Shown here: positions 27,345 to 41,730 of the stretch, in pieces | Layout: every line of letters starts with the position of its first letter | Numbering within the stretch: position 1 is the first letter of the stretch | Assembly: GCA_951406725.2 (NCBI GenBank) | Contig: OX597816.1 | Location: 81,158,001-81,222,000 of the forward strand | Source: Octopus vulgaris | Taxonomy: Eukaryota | Reading direction: 5' to 3' | Length of the DNA stretch: 64,000 nucleotides | Program-made: the position numbers and the translations under genes | Notes under the pieces: model-generated | Database searches by the model: none | What the model saw: the letters and a program-made list of their open reading frames with translations, nothing else | What the model was told of the DNA's origin: nothing

Positions 27345-27495
27345 TATAGTTAGTATACCTTGGGCTACATTATGCAGCTGCATCCGTACTTTGTTACAAG
27401 CGGTTTGAGTGTAATTTGAGGGAGACGAGATTTGAGTTTGACTACTATTTCTAGCACGTCGAGCGACTTCTTTAAAGCAATCTCGTTGGTTCGTT
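27345..27495 (-). mobile_element. Repeat family C fragment
   Basis: GTGTAATTTGAGGGAGA..TTTGACTACTATTTCTAGCACGTCGAGCGAC. Confidence 0.6.
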
Positions 27496-27879
27496 TCAGG
27501 TGAATTGTCGGATGTTGTAATCCACTCAACAATCCACGCACTCCTATCTTGATAGATTAGCAGAAAATAGAAATTCCGAATCTTGATCAAAGATCGTAAA
27601 AGACACAGCAGTGGCAGCAGCAGCAGCAGCAGCAAGAAGGTTCTTCTGTCGTCTTATCTATCCAGCCGTTCGCGACTTTTCTTCAACCACTTTACCGTTA
27701 ACGAAATCAATTCTATCCATCTCTTACCGCACCTGCCTCCTCCACTAAATCAAACCTTTTTTTTTTTTTTTTTTACTGATTTTCCTGCTTTTTATTATTT
27801 TGTAATATTATTTTTACCGCAGCTTTCTTTTTTATCGGCTTTTATTCCAATTCATTAATTTTTCCTATATTTCATTGTT

Positions 27880-29235
27880 TCCTCCACCACCACCACCACC
27901 ACAACCACCCCTACCGCCGCCGCCGCCACTACTACCATTTCGCTATCACCTTAGAAATACCACCACCATTGCTACTACCATATCCGTCAACACCACCGTC
28001 AACAACAACAATTTACCGTCATCGTCACAACATCGCTCCCATCATACCATTGCTACTACTATCATCACCATTACCACCATTTACCTCTAACACCATACAG
28101 CCATCATCATCATCACTAACAACACAATCCCCACAGAACTGCTACCAACCACTACCACACCCATATCAATACTACTACCATCACCACAGCCACAACAATC
28201 AGCTTCACCACCACTACAGTTACCATCACCAGCACCGCCGCTATCATCACCATACATGTATAATTTTTACTAATATTACCAACACAATTACCACTGCTAC
28301 TACTATCACCGCCAAAGACATCAACACCATTATTCCCTCAACCCCCACCGTCACTATATCCACCGCCACCACCATTACAACTGCCACCACCACCATCACC
28401 AATACAACTACCACCACCACTACCATCACCACTATAATCTCTTCCCTTAACCACTTATTCCATCTTTACAATTATCATTCTTTTTGTTCTTTATTGAGTG
28501 GGTGTAAGGGGATTTTCTATGGCGTTTTTATTCCTTTTGTTTTCTGTAAGGTTTGCTATTTTTTTTTGTCTTTTGTTGTTGCTACTGTCTTTGTTGTTGT
28601 TGTTGTTATTGCTGCTGTTGTTCATTCCGTATCTTTTGCAGCTTTCAGATGGATCTTGTTTTTGATCTTCAGTAATTTCTATCACATAGCATCCTTCAAT
28701 CCACCATCGCTGGCGCTGCCAACACCATCACGAACAATGACGACGACGACGACACCATTAATATCATTAACAACATCGCAACAACCAATACCACCACCAC
28801 CACCACCACCACCATCACCACAACCACCACACTCATTAGCAACACCGTCACCAAAACCAGCAACATTCTCATAACCAGCACCAACACCAATGCCATTAAA
28901 GTTACATCACCAAAATCATCAACAACACTATCACCGACCAGTATACGAACGTCACCACTACCATCGCCGCCACCACTACCATCGCCGCCACCACCACCAC
29001 TGTCACTACCATCACCACAGCCACATCCAGCAACTCAGACACTGCCATCATAGCAATTACTATAGCCATAACCGCCATCACAACAGCTGCTAACATCGTC
29101 ACTACCTTAACCACTATAACAGACATCGACGACGACACCCTCGCCCTAGCCACTGGTTCAACCAGCACCACCACCACCACTACTACCGCCATTGTTACAG
29201 CAGTCATTATCTTCACCTTCTGCCATTACTCCATT
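27880..29235. repeat. CA-rich degenerate trinucleotide block (CAC/CAT/ACC/AAC)
   Basis: Directly visible; source of the 301-aa low-complexity ORF. Confidence 0.9.
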
Positions 29236-29790
29236 GCTTTTCCAAATGCTCGCGCACGCTTGCACGCTCACACACTCGCATGCTGGCACGCCGGCACGCT
29301 CGCATGCCTGCATGCTCTCTTTGCAGTTCAGTGTAAAAACATTTCTAATGTCGTGAAGATAGATGGTTACCCCACTCACGGAGTAAATCAAATTGCATTA
29401 GAGCTGAGTCAAAGAATCGAACGGCGGGAATTATACCGACATTTGAAGAAGAGTGTGTCGATGAACGGGGCGTCGATGAGAAGAGAAACGAAGTAAAAAA
29501 GTAAATGGGTGAAGTGCAGGAAAAAAGAGGGGGGTTGCAGGAAAACAGGTGGAAGAAGGTTGGATAGATTGGTGAGTGAGAAGAGGAAGCGGTTAAAATA
29601 GCAGTAAAAGATTACTGAATAATATATAGAGAGAGAGAGTGAGGGGGGATGGAGGATACGAAGGGCAGAGAATATAAGCAGACAGGCAGAGTTGACAACA
29701 TCAGTGAATAGATAGACACGTTTGTAGCGAAAAGAAAGAAAAGAATTAACAATCTGAGAGGACGCTGATTATGTGTACGTATACGTGTGA

Positions 29791-29835
<45 letters not shown>

Positions 29836-29948
29836 GGGGGAGAGAGAGAGGCAAACAGACATAAAAAAGAGAGTGCGTACGAGCACAACTAAACATATCT
29901 CATTCTCTTTCATACATATATATGCAAACAACGCACACTACACGTACG

Positions 29949-29991
<43 letters not shown>

Positions 29992-30097
29992 TATATATTC
30001 TCACACACACACATACATATATACACACACACACATATACACACATTTGTGTGTATTCATTGGTACACACACCACATAAATAATGGCTTGATAGCTT

Positions 30098-30175
<78 letters not shown>

Positions 30176-30469
30176 ATGAGTTGTACTGGGTGAGAGAGTT
30201 GGTGAGTGAGAGAAGGAAAGAAAAGGGGCTTTCGAGCGATAAATAGCTTTGCCACAGATGAGTTGAATCAAGCTGTATAATATAGGCAAAGCACTTTGAA
30301 GGAGAGAGTCCCCTGTAGTTAATAAATCAGAGATCAAGAACAGATTTTATTGGCAGAGCGAGGCTTTTAAGGGGAAATCTAAACTGGCTATCGTTCTAAA
30401 ACACACAGACACTCATACACAATTGCACACTCACACACACACACGTACACAAACACTGCAAGGGCATAA

Positions 30470-30522
<53 letters not shown>

Positions 30523-33500
30523 GAGAGAGAGGGAGAGGGAGAGAGAAGGAGAGATCCGTGTGAAGCCGTTTTACGCAGCAAGCTCCTTTGGTTGTTGACA
30601 GGTTTATCAGTCCTTGTTGATGTTTATTATTATTATTATCAGTAGTAGTAGTAGTAGTAGTAGTAGTAGAGGTCATGAATGTGATGATGTTTACGCCAGA
30701 GGCAGTAGCAAAATAAACTCAAAAGTAATATAAACTTGGCATGTTTCAAATAAAATTCGGTAATAGTGGATATTTTTGTTTTTGCTTTCACTGGTCTAAA
30801 AGTACTTCTTTGAGAGAGAAAGAGCGAATGAAAGGGAGAGATCGTTCTGTTTAGTGTAGTTCGACATCCACCCTACCATCGAAATATAATCGATATCGAC
30901 TTGAAATAATTGGCTAGCCAAAAAGTCAAAGCTTCTTAGCTGAAAATGCTGGGTTACCAACTGATGAATCAGAACTTGATTCCTATTACGTCACCATCAC
31001 TCTGTTGTGTCATGCATGGCAAAGACACAACTTTCAAACGGCTTGATCCTTTTAGCTGCACAACAGCTGGGGAAGGGGGTTACTGTTGTAAAGGGAAAGG
31101 ATAGCCACTATATAACTGGATTATTTGGCAAAGCCACTGTTTTTTGTTAGCTTAGCGGTATAATCACTTTATTTTAGAATGGCTAGGACAGAAAAGAAAG
31201 GTCAGCAGCCATGCGGAAGGAGATTATTATCTCAGAAAACCTTGACCGAATACCTGCAACGGCCTTGACTGTTTTTAAATACCCATGAGCCTGGTTCTGG
31301 TGTTAAACTAGGCGATGAGTTCATTTTACCACACAAAGACAGCAACGACCCCTCCGATGGCCCAAAACAAGTTTTCGTCAATCAGAGACTTGTTTAAATT
31401 GTTTCGCAGTGGGATCGAACCGAAAACTACATAGCTATGAAGGAAACATCCTAACCATAGAGCCAATCTAAATACACTCCTATCATTTTTACTCACTGTA
31501 ACACACAGTTATTTTCCTAGCTCGTTGCTTCTATGTATATTATTGACCTCAAGGGAAATGATATATAAATTCGACGTTTCGTATACGAAAAGATGAAACT
31601 AAATATTGTGTCATAATAATCAAGTGCTGTATCGTTTCTGCTAACTGAGCATTCAGATTTTTTCTTCTTCTTTTTTTATAATTTCCGAATGATCCAATAG
31701 CATGTGTCAAAGTCAGCATTTTTGCTTAGCATGAGAAAGGCAGAAGTAAACCATTCCAATGTAAACTCTTTTGAATCCCAATAGTAATTCGAAAAATTCG
31801 GTGGTATGTCAAAGAGTTACGGAAATAACAATCAAATTGCTACTAACTTACTGTCGATCAAGAATTTGTGGCAAGTAATACATTATTGGTAAGCAATTTG
31901 AATATGAATAAATTAGTGATCTATGTTACTATCTCAGTAGGCTTATTTTTATTGCCTGCTTTCACTTTAATTTAAATTCGTGCAGAGTTTTGTTTATTTG
32001 TTTCCCTATCGTACTGAAAATACTCTATGTAATTTCTGTCAAGTGCCTAATGGTTGCTATATTGTACGCGTGATGTATATGACCTAAGAATTGGCTTATT
32101 CTTACGATAGTAATGCCAGTACAGAGAGAAAGATTAACATTCTTTTGCATAGACGGTCAACAAAATTAATGCCAGTAGTATTCTGAAATGGTATATCCAT
32201 CACACTATATCCCTATTAATTTCTAGCCTTCATTATTACAATATTATATCGTGTCAAAGTATTAAGTAAATTATTATGTAAATATTATTATGTATTAATT
32301 CAGTCTTCTTTTGTACATTTGCAACATAACGAGACTCCATTTCCCAGTAGGTGGAATCCAAGGTAGTTTGTACGTAGTATGAAATATATCTTTATTCGTA
32401 ATTCAACATAATATTGTCTTAATTTGCGTCGTAACTGAATAAATGACCCGAGTCATAACATTTGTAAAGGACTACAATCACAAAGTTTGAACAGTAACGC
32501 TCAGCAGGCAGAATAGATTTGAGTTCAGAATGTTCGAAATGTATCGAAGAATACTTACTGATGCGATTGATTCTCAAAGCAAAGGAATAGAAAACACAGA
32601 AAAATGGTTGTCTTAGTATCAATTAAGTCGGATAACTGAAGATCAATACGAAATGTTTTCCGATATATTGAGGTGCAGAAGGGGGAATCCCTGTCACCAC
32701 ATTTATAGTTTTAAAGCTATTTTATGTCCAGCGTAATTGCTACTAAGTCCATAACATGAAGATATTTATGTACCATTAATATAATTTTAAATGTATCTTC
32801 TAATCAATATTAAGTCAGTAAAACACAGCAATAACTTCACGCCTACCAACATAATTAATAACTTAATTCACGTTGTTAACATCTTTGTTTGATAACTGGT
32901 GAGTGAGAAGACACGTAATGCAAGAGTTTATTTCCCGTTAAGCTAAGGATGCGCGACGCAACTCTATTCCTGGATGGAGTCACTCCACTTCAACAACTCA
33001 ATAACTAAATGTCTTTAGAAAAGGAAACAAGCAGAACTTCCAAATCGCCTATCTTTAAAATATATGGACATTCTGCGTTGTTAAAAAATGCACTAAATAT
33101 ATATTTTCTCGATGAAGTTAGTTTTCGCATATCTCAGCTGTTTCTCATTTTACAATTACTTTAATTCTCATTAAACTTCTTAATTTCTTACATAGATAAA
33201 AAGCTACATATTTGTACGAAAGTAGTGTATGATTGCCAAGCCTTTCTAAATGAACAGGTTACAAACAGAAATCGAAAACGAGGCTTGTACACGGTTCACT
33301 GGGAGTTTATTTTTTCCTAATCCCTAAAAATATTATAAAAACATTATAAATATTAAACTGATTATTTATTTATTGCATAAAGCAAAAATATCTGAAAGGG
33401 GTAGAATGAGATTTTGTTCATAGCTTTGTCGACATGAGATGCTTCCAACACGTAGACAAGAAGTATTCCTGATTGGGGGATAATATGGAAAGGACTGAAG

Positions 33501-34527
33501 GACAGCTTGAATGAATATGGCGCGAGATCAACCAGCTCTGAGGAGTAGAAGGCCACAATATTAAGAAAACAGAAAAATTCTTTTCCTAATATGTTTGTGA
33601 GAGAGAGGCAAGAGAGGTTCTATGAGTAACTTTTCTTTGAATATTACCTTGGATGTCTGTGCGAGCAGCAACAACCTCGCCTAAGATATGAGAGAAATAC
33701 TCTGTTTTGGTCTTCATCTGAGATTTGCAGAGCTTCGTTAATTGTTCGGGCATGAAATATTTTCTGACCCTGAAAGAGAAGAACTGGTCCTTATGATGCA
33801 ACCTTATCTATGTTAAGAATGTACTTTTGCCTGGGAAGATCTTCGCTGGTAAGAAAGCCTACCATTCTGAGCGATCACGTGTTTTCTGTTTGTGTATTTT
33901 ACACGTTTATGTGGGGTGAGATGTTATATATATATATAACGAGACAGGCAGACAGAGAATAGAGTTTCTATTGTTTTTTTTTCTTTTTGCTAGTCAAAGA
34001 GACGATATTAGCAGGTCCCTAATGGCTGGGTGGTTTCAAAGTCAGGGCTGTGGACACTCTTTTGTATATAGTAACTGCAAAAGCACTCTTCAACTGCTTT
34101 CAGAGCAAGCTACAAACTGAGCATGGGTGAAGTATCTGACATAAGTGATAGCCAGTCACTACAACATTTCTTCTAGCTTTAGTTGGCTTATCGGGAGTTC
34201 TTTACTTTGTAAGATTTTAGTTGTAGTATTATCCTTCTGAAACAATTTCGTTTCAACACAGTTCTACACGGCTGTAGCAGAGGATTATTTAATGTGGGTG
34301 CTATCATTCTATTTACCAATGCCAAGAATATTAGTAAATTTATTAACAGTCGCACAAATAATTCATAGTACGAATAATTAATATAAATAAATTAATGTAA
34401 ATAACATTAACTTTCTCTCTCGCCTTCGCTCTCTATTTATCCATCGATACCTCTCTCCATCCTTATCAAACTATTTCTCCCTTTTCTCATTAATGAGTGA
34501 CTATATGTTCTCACATGTGCATGTATG

Positions 34528-34599
<72 letters not shown>

Positions 34600-35129
34600 A
34601 ATACAGTAGAGGTTAGGGTAATACATCTTTCAATACCATGATAACATGGACAGTTAGAAGGTGCAAGGGAGGGATTAATGTAACCTAATCGATTTATCGT
34701 CTCTCGGTCGCTTATTGATTTAATAAATGATAAATTAGAGTGGAATTTTATATACCGTTTATTAAGCAATTATCCCAAACTTGCAAACAAAGGCAATGGA
34801 TCTGGCTAATTACGATACCATTCAAACGAAATGATGCGCTATATACATTTCCATCCCTTACTCCTCTTCTCAATGTTTAACCTCATTCATCTCCCTCTTT
34901 CTCTTTCTACTTTTATCTATCTTCTCTCTCTCTGTCTATCCTCTTTCTCTTTCCTTTCTTTCTCTCTGTCATTCCCTCAGTCTTTATGATTACTTTCTTT
35001 CTCCTGCCTCTCTCTCATACTTTCTCTGACTCTTTAGCTGTCTCTACTACTGTACTTCAAGGTCACTTCACTCTCATTCCAATACTCAAATAGCAACATC
35101 AATAAAATCACTATACCAGCAGAATCCTT

Positions 35130-35385
35130 GAGCCAACGAAGGAATTTCTTTGTCGTCGCTCGACTTTCTAGGAATAGCAGTTAATTTCCCCTCAAACTAC
35201 ACTCTATCGTCTTAAAATCGGGGAAGAATGCATTGGTTAATGCAATCTCTGATATGCAGAAAGATGAGATGAGGTGGAGAGTGTAGTTTTCAGATAAAAG
35301 AACAACAAAATACAAGCATCATTAGAACAATTTGATCATAAATACGCCCAATTCGAACTGACCTAGGGTTAAACAATGACAACAC
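35130..35385 (+). mobile_element. Repeat family C
   Basis: GAGCCAACGAAGG..GCTCGACTTTCTAGGAATAGCAG..CCCTCAAACTACACTCTATCGTCTTAAAA..TTGATCATA..CTGACCTAGGGTTAAACAA. Confidence 0.75.
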
Positions 35386-35404
35386 CACTAGCCAACACTA
35401 CTAG

Positions 35405-35780
35405 AGTTTGTTATTGTTTGGCTCATTATTTAGCCCTGACCGTGTAATCCTACACACAATGACATTCCTGCCATGACCTCACCCCCTTTATTTCAGCCAT
35501 TCTATATCGAGGAATATACGAGAGAGTACTGTAAAAGGTCCTGGCTTTAAGGATATCGCGAAAGGCCTGGTTGGAGGCCTAACATTCCAAGTTTTTTAAA
35601 AGGCTTAAAAAAACTGAAGGAATACAGCAATGACTGTCTGAATCAGAGAGGGGAATATGTTGAATAAAATCATAACTGATCCTCCTGTATTTTCTTCTAC
35701 CCAAAACCAGGAACTTTTCAGCATCTTCTTTTTTAATGGTACGAAATATAATAACGGAGATTTGGTAGTTACCTCTCTTT
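35405..35780 (-). mobile_element. Family C copy interrupted by a mariner MITE
   Basis: TTTAGCCCTGACCG..CATTCCTGCCATGACC before the MITE and GGAGATTTGGTAGTTACCTCT after it. Confidence 0.55.
35517..35735 (+). mobile_element. Non-autonomous mariner element, copy 2
   Basis: Begins TACGAG..AAAAGGTCCTGGCTTT and ends AAAACCAGGAACTTTTCAGCA. Encodes KGLKKLKEYSNDCLNQRGEYVE*, a typical mariner C-terminus. Confidence 0.8.
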
Positions 35781-36337
35781 TGAATGAAACTTTTCTTAAA
35801 AAGGAAAAAATTGAAGTGTACGTTAGATAAAGTAATCTTCGAAACACTAAGCCTGGAAATAAGACAAGGTCGTAACAGTAGTTCAAAACCTTGAGCGGAC
35901 AAAATATAATATCCAAGTCATCATTAGTCCAAGATGTACTCATAGAAGAAATAGATAAAATATTAGAAAGGACCTAAATTCTAATGCATTAGGGAAAAGG
36001 ATGGAGAACGTCGGAAGTGTGATGCTCACAATGTTTTCCCAGTTGTAGTGTCATGTAATGTAATAGTTTTGACATAGACCTTGCTGTACAAATAACTTAA
36101 GTACTTGCACAACAGCGTTCGTCAATATAGGTTTATTGGGGCACAAGTGTTTTTGAGACTAATTGTGGTTGGATGATGTGTGAAGATATGGAGGAGAAAG
36201 ACACCTATCATTGTACATAAAAATTAAAAGTAAAAGACATTGGATTTGATGTAGAATTAGGAGTGGAGCATACCAAAGTATGTGTGGAGTATATTTTGAT
36301 GTTGCTATTATTGATTTCTTAATGCATTAAAAACATT

Positions 36338-36567
36338 ATCTTTTTATTGCTTCAGTCATTAAACTGTGGCCATGCCGGAGCACCGTTTTGAAGAATTTTT
36401 GTTTTTTAGGCAAATGAATCGACCCCAGTACTTAAATTTGTTTGCTAAGCCTGGTATTTATTCTATCGATTTCTTTTGCCGAATCGCTAAGTTACGGGGA
36501 CATAAATACATCAACGCCAGTTGTCAGGCCGTGGTGGGGACAGACACAAACACAACGACATGCACGC

Positions 36568-36639
<72 letters not shown>

Positions 36640-36787
36640 GACGGGATTCTTCCAGTTTCCGTCTACCAAATCCACTCACAGGGTTTTGGTCAGCCCGAGG
36701 TCTCCAGAAGACACTTGCCCAAGGTTCCATGGAGTGGGACTGAACCTGGAACCATGTGATTAGGAAGCAAACTTCCTACTACACAGC
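36338..36787 (-). mobile_element. SINE family A, near full length, diverged subfamily
   Basis: TTCAGTCATTAAACTGTGGCCATG..GAAGAATTTT..ACACTTGCCCAAGG..GGGACTGAACC..ACACAGC. Confidence 0.88.
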
Positions 36788-36807
36788 TGATTAATAGATT
36801 ACAATTA

Positions 36808-36985
36808 TATAGCAGCCAAACCTCGCTTCAAATCGTACCGTCTTCAAAGGAAAAAGACAAACCGACATATTACATAGTCTAGTTCTAGATACATAGTGTA
36901 AAAATAACCGAATGATTACGACCGGAAAGCTTTTGATCATAGATCGGCTCAATTATGTTATTTCATGGAACTAAACACCACCACC
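36808..36985 (+). mobile_element. Repeat family C
   Basis: ATAGCAGCCAAACCTCGCTTCAAATC..CTAGATAC..TTTGATCATAGATC..GAACTAAACACC. Confidence 0.65.
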
Positions 36986-37919
36986 AGACAAAAACTAAAT
37001 GAATGAATTCTTTTATTTCCAGGCTATTTATTCTGAACTGTCACATTCGCAATACAAGATGCAAAAGAAGTGAAAAGGCTAAACGGAGAATTGAAACCGC
37101 GAAGCAGACTCAACTCACAGAGAAGCTAAAATCAAGATAAGATGGTTGCACAATATTTTATATCATTAGGCGTTAAATGAATATTATTGATTTAAAACGT
37201 ATAAGTAAATGATAAGGCTGCTTGCGTTTATTTTTTTAAAAAAGAAATACATGTTTATAGCGTGAAATATGTGTTTATAATAGTGGAATATATATGTTTA
37301 TAAATATATTTCACATAATTTTTATAAATATATGTTAATAATGTAGGAATATGTGTTTATAATAGTGAAATAGATGTATTTCCATAATGAGAAATGAGCT
37401 TTTATAAATATATGTTATATATGTTTGTAAATATATGTTTATAACGTAAAAAATACTATATCATTATAAAAATGTTTATTTTATCATAGAATACACTGTC
37501 TTTTATTTTTCTTGCATTACGAAACAAGATTTCAAACTAGATATAATAACATCACTAGATGACAGAGTGAGAGGAAGGGGAGCGATATCGATAAATATAC
37601 ATGTATTGATATATAATATTACTTAATGTGTATGTATAGTATTAAAAAATCGTATCAACTATAACAGTGTCGATATAATAATAACAGAGAAGTGCATTCA
37701 ATAATAGCAGCCTTAAAATATAATATTATATTTAATCAATATCCTTTCAATCTTGTTCTAAACCATTTCATCGATTTTGTAGAAATGCATTTGGGAAGGT
37801 TTATTTTTTTTAGGTTTTGTCGTTTGTTTTATGTGATTTTTTAAATTTTGCTTTAAATTTTTGTTGTTTTTTTTTTCTAGGTGCTTTTACTGAAATAGAC
37901 TGAGATGAAAAATGTTATA

Positions 37920-38090
37920 ATAATAATGATAATGATGATGCTACTACTACTACTACTGCTACTGCTACTACTACCACTACTATTACGAAGAAGAAGAAGA
38001 AGAAGAAGAAGAAGAAGAAGAAGAAGAAGAAGAAGAAGAAGAAGAAGAAGAAGAAGAAGAAGAAGAAGAAGAAGAAGAAGAAGAAGAAGA
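37920..38090. repeat. (ATG)(CTA/CTG)(AAG)n compound repeat
   Basis: Directly visible. Confidence 0.95.
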
Positions 38091-38291
38091 ATGAAAGTGT
38101 ATTTAAAAGGAAAAATGAAACAATAAGTTTATATTTTAGAAAAGTTGAAACCGAGTATTATCCTGCCATTGATTTTTCTTTTCTTTTTCTTTCACTTAAA
38201 TGCCACTCAATGTAAGCCGTGGAATTGTAATTTTTCATTGGTGGAGTGGAACAATGCTACACATATAGTCTTGATGGGGAGCATCTTATGT

Positions 38292-38347
<56 letters not shown>

Positions 38348-39009
38348 TGTACATATACATATATTACATTATACATATATAAATATATCTGTGCGTGTTT
38401 ATGTACATATAAATTTATAGGTCTATGTGTATACATATAGTGTGTGCATGTATATATTTAATTTAAATGTGATGCACAGTGTACTTTTTAATAAACATAG
38501 AATTTAAATCGTGCTCTAAAAAGTAAATAAAATATTTGCACAACAGATTTTATCTTTCATGTACAGAAAAATGGGAACTATCTGACTATTTTCTACTCAT
38601 TTTAAAGCTTTATCAAGGGAAGAATACGTATCTTCTTTTCACAGAAAGATTAGCTTGTAGGCATTTATAGGGTATATGAACTAGGATTCATCAACACTAG
38701 TCAGTTTGTGCAACAGTGTATATGCCAACAATGTGAATTAATTACACATTATTTTTCGTTTGTTTTGAAGAATTTTAAAATACAATGCAAGACACATTTT
38801 TGATAACCATATTTTGTAGCTTCATTGTGAAAATTAAAGTGGTTAGACAACTGCTTTTATCTCTCCGTGAGCAGACAAAAAATAGGATCAGTCTGATAGG
38901 TAGCTAATTTTCCTACAGTTTTATCTGAGAAAGTATTTCCATCTCCTATTCATAGAGATACTGGAAACTTCTAGCTTTTTTTTACTGAATAGGAACTAAG
39001 AGTCAGTTA

Positions 39010-39605
39010 AACAGATCAGGAAAAACTACGTAATAAATCAAATTGCTCAACCACTCCTTTTAATTAAATGAACAGTTTAATATTGCTAAATTGTTACTAA
39101 ACTAAGTAAACACTCCTGAACTAACCATAGATATAGAAGATTTCCAACAGACTCAATCTGAAATTAACCTACAGTTGTACGATAACTATACAAGCAGAAC
39201 ATACTACACACCCCATCACCCAATAAAACTACAAGCATATGTTCATGTTAAAGTACTGACACATGTCTTACAATGCAGAAGCCTTAATTTATGAAGCAGG
39301 GGTTGCCTCTAAAAACCCAAAACATTGGTACGGAACATAAATTCAAGAAAAGGTCTATAACAATAGATCCTCCTTCTGACATATCGAAAAAAGGAATGCA
39401 ATATAATTAACTGAATAGATCTAACAGTTCAAAGAGAAGCTTTGAACAACAACATCAAATGGAATGTTATTGAAACATCAAGATAAAAAGTGCATTCTCT
39501 ACACAGCAAAGAAAAATGTCATATTCAAAAAGCTGATTTCTATTGGAATACAAGGTCGAAGATTTTCGCTAAATATAGGTGCTTGGTCAAGAATCTGCTA
39601 CATAA
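39010..39605 (+). mobile_element. Penelope-like retroelement remnant (RT thumb to GIY-YIG endonuclease)
   Basis: Frameshifted translation NHRYRR..NRLNLKLTYSCT, ICSC*STDTC, EALIYEAGV, KFKKR..NNRSSF, NNNIKWNVIE, KKCIL..EKCHI, NTRSKIFAKYR follows the motif order of PLE C-termini (KIFNRNTLKLSYSC; CNC..CPL; IVY.A.V; FK.R..NH..SF; I.W.I; C.LC..EK; LN.R.E...CRH). Confidence 0.7.
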
Positions 39606-39898
39606 CTGAGCCGCACTAATTTAGCTGCCTCACGCAATTCATAAAAACTCACGAACTGGTACATATATATGGATGCTTGCATATGATTCACTACATTTTA
39701 CTACACTTATTTTACAGCCCTTATCTTTTACTTCTTTACCTTTCAGTTTTATTTTATATATATATTTATTTTATATATATACTGAATACTAAGTCAATTG
39801 CCCACTCACTCGAAATTGCTGGCCTTGTGCCAAAATGTGAAACCCATATATGTAATTCCTACTGTATGGGATACCTCTTTCGTTTGTCCACTCACTCC

Positions 39899-39960
<62 letters not shown>

Positions 39961-40388
39961 ATGTCTTTGGGTATGTAATGTATGCGATAATGATATATGC
40001 TTCCAACGGCCACAGCAACATATAAGTGCTCCCTATTTTGATAACTGTGAAGATTATGAGATAAATATCTCCCTGAATAGGAAAGCGAACAATCTATCCA
40101 AGTCAGAGATACAAATCTCAAAAGATCAGTGAATTGCAAAATGGCATCTTCGATAAATTAAAGTATTCGACCTCAGGCAGCTGCCAATCGTCTATTTTGC
40201 CTCCTTGTACTTTCTGCCTCTTTAGAAATGTATCTCTTTTAGCACTTATGTGCGTGTGTGCGTGCGCGCGCAGTCACTGCATTTTCGTTTTCCGAATGTT
40301 TGTGTATACATCTTTAAAGAGTCTGACAATCAACAATGGACTCCATGTGAAATGACATACCTAAATTTACACACGCACATACATACAT

Positions 40389-40592
<204 letters not shown>

Positions 40593-40844
40593 TTATTTAA
40601 TCTTATACTGATTTCAGCCATTGTTGTAATGCCGTTTTTATATGATCACATCGACCTCAGTTGTTATTTTCAGTCTGGTAATATGTCATCGATATCTATT
40701 TGTCGCACTGTTATATTACGGAACCCAAAGAGACAACCCTTAGACAACCCGATGTGAATATAAACAAGCACAGACAACAACAACAACAACAACACAAACA
40801 CACATACACACACACACGCAATAATTCTGTTGTTGTTTTTAACA

Positions 40845-41073
40845 TTCCTTTCTGTTATAGGCACAAGGCCTGAAATTTGCGGGTACGGTGCTAGTCGATC
40901 ACACATCGACCCCAAAACTAAACTGGAATTTATTTTAACGACCCCCACCCCACCCCGTCGAATGATGAAAGGAAATGTCGACTTCGGCGAAATTTGAACT
41001 CACGACAGGAAGACGGATTAAATACTGTTAAGCTTTTCGTCCGGCGTGCATAAGCCTCTGCCAGCTCGCCGCC
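40845..41073 (-). mobile_element. SINE family B, full length
   Basis: TAGGCACAAGGCCTGAAATTT..ATCGACCCC..GATGAAAGG..GTCGACTTCGGCGAAATTTGAACTC..CTGCCAGCTCGCCGCCT. Confidence 0.88.
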
Positions 41074-41547
41074 TTTTTGCTGTTTTTAACATTAATAACT
41101 AACTTCCACAATATGTGTGTGCGCGCGCACACACACACACACACACACAAACTTCCATAGTTTCGAGCAGCAGGAAATATCTAACACAAATAATTGTAGA
41201 TAACGATAATCACACTCATGCAAATGCATATATACCCTTAAAAAAAACAAAAACAGGCAGACTGACAGCAGAAGTAGGAATAACAGGAACACCAAAGAGA
41301 TTGCGATCAATATTTAAAAATTCCGATGCAAAGCTTTATGATTTAAACGACAGAAACATTGTATACTTTCGAACTAAAAAGGAAACTTGTATGAGGTAGG
41401 TCACCAAATTTGAAACTACAGTCAAATATCCGTCATAACATACATAATATAGCTCTTGATACACAACATGTGAAATGAAGGATGGATGGTCACAGCTGAA
41501 AAATATTTGCTCAAAATCTGCCGGATTAGAGTTCACCACAGCTTTCG

Positions 41548-41730
41548 AATCAACGAAGAAACGATTATATATGGTAGCTTGTACTGCTGGAAATAGTTGT
41601 CAAATCTCCCTCAAATCACATCTTTAATTCTTATATTGGATAATGTAATCCTAGATTCACTATGCCTGAGAAAAGTTAAAGGGTCAACGAATTGATGATG
41701 GGTCTAACTGATCAATGCTGGTCAGCGGCC
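41548..41730 (+). mobile_element. Repeat family C
   Basis: CTGCTGGAAATAGTTGTCAAATCTCCCTCAAATCACA..TTGGATAATGTAATCCTAGAT. Confidence 0.7.

Noticed and set aside
27969-28874. 301-aa ORF rich in His/Thr/Pro
   Set aside because: Translation of degenerate trinucleotide repeats with a non-ATG start; no domain or splice context.
33400-33870. Possible RT remnant (FVDM..F-like motif)
   Set aside because: No further RT motifs could be traced by eye.
37861-37920. Strong acceptor TTTTTTCTAG|G
   Set aside because: No plausible donor follows; runs directly into trinucleotide repeats.
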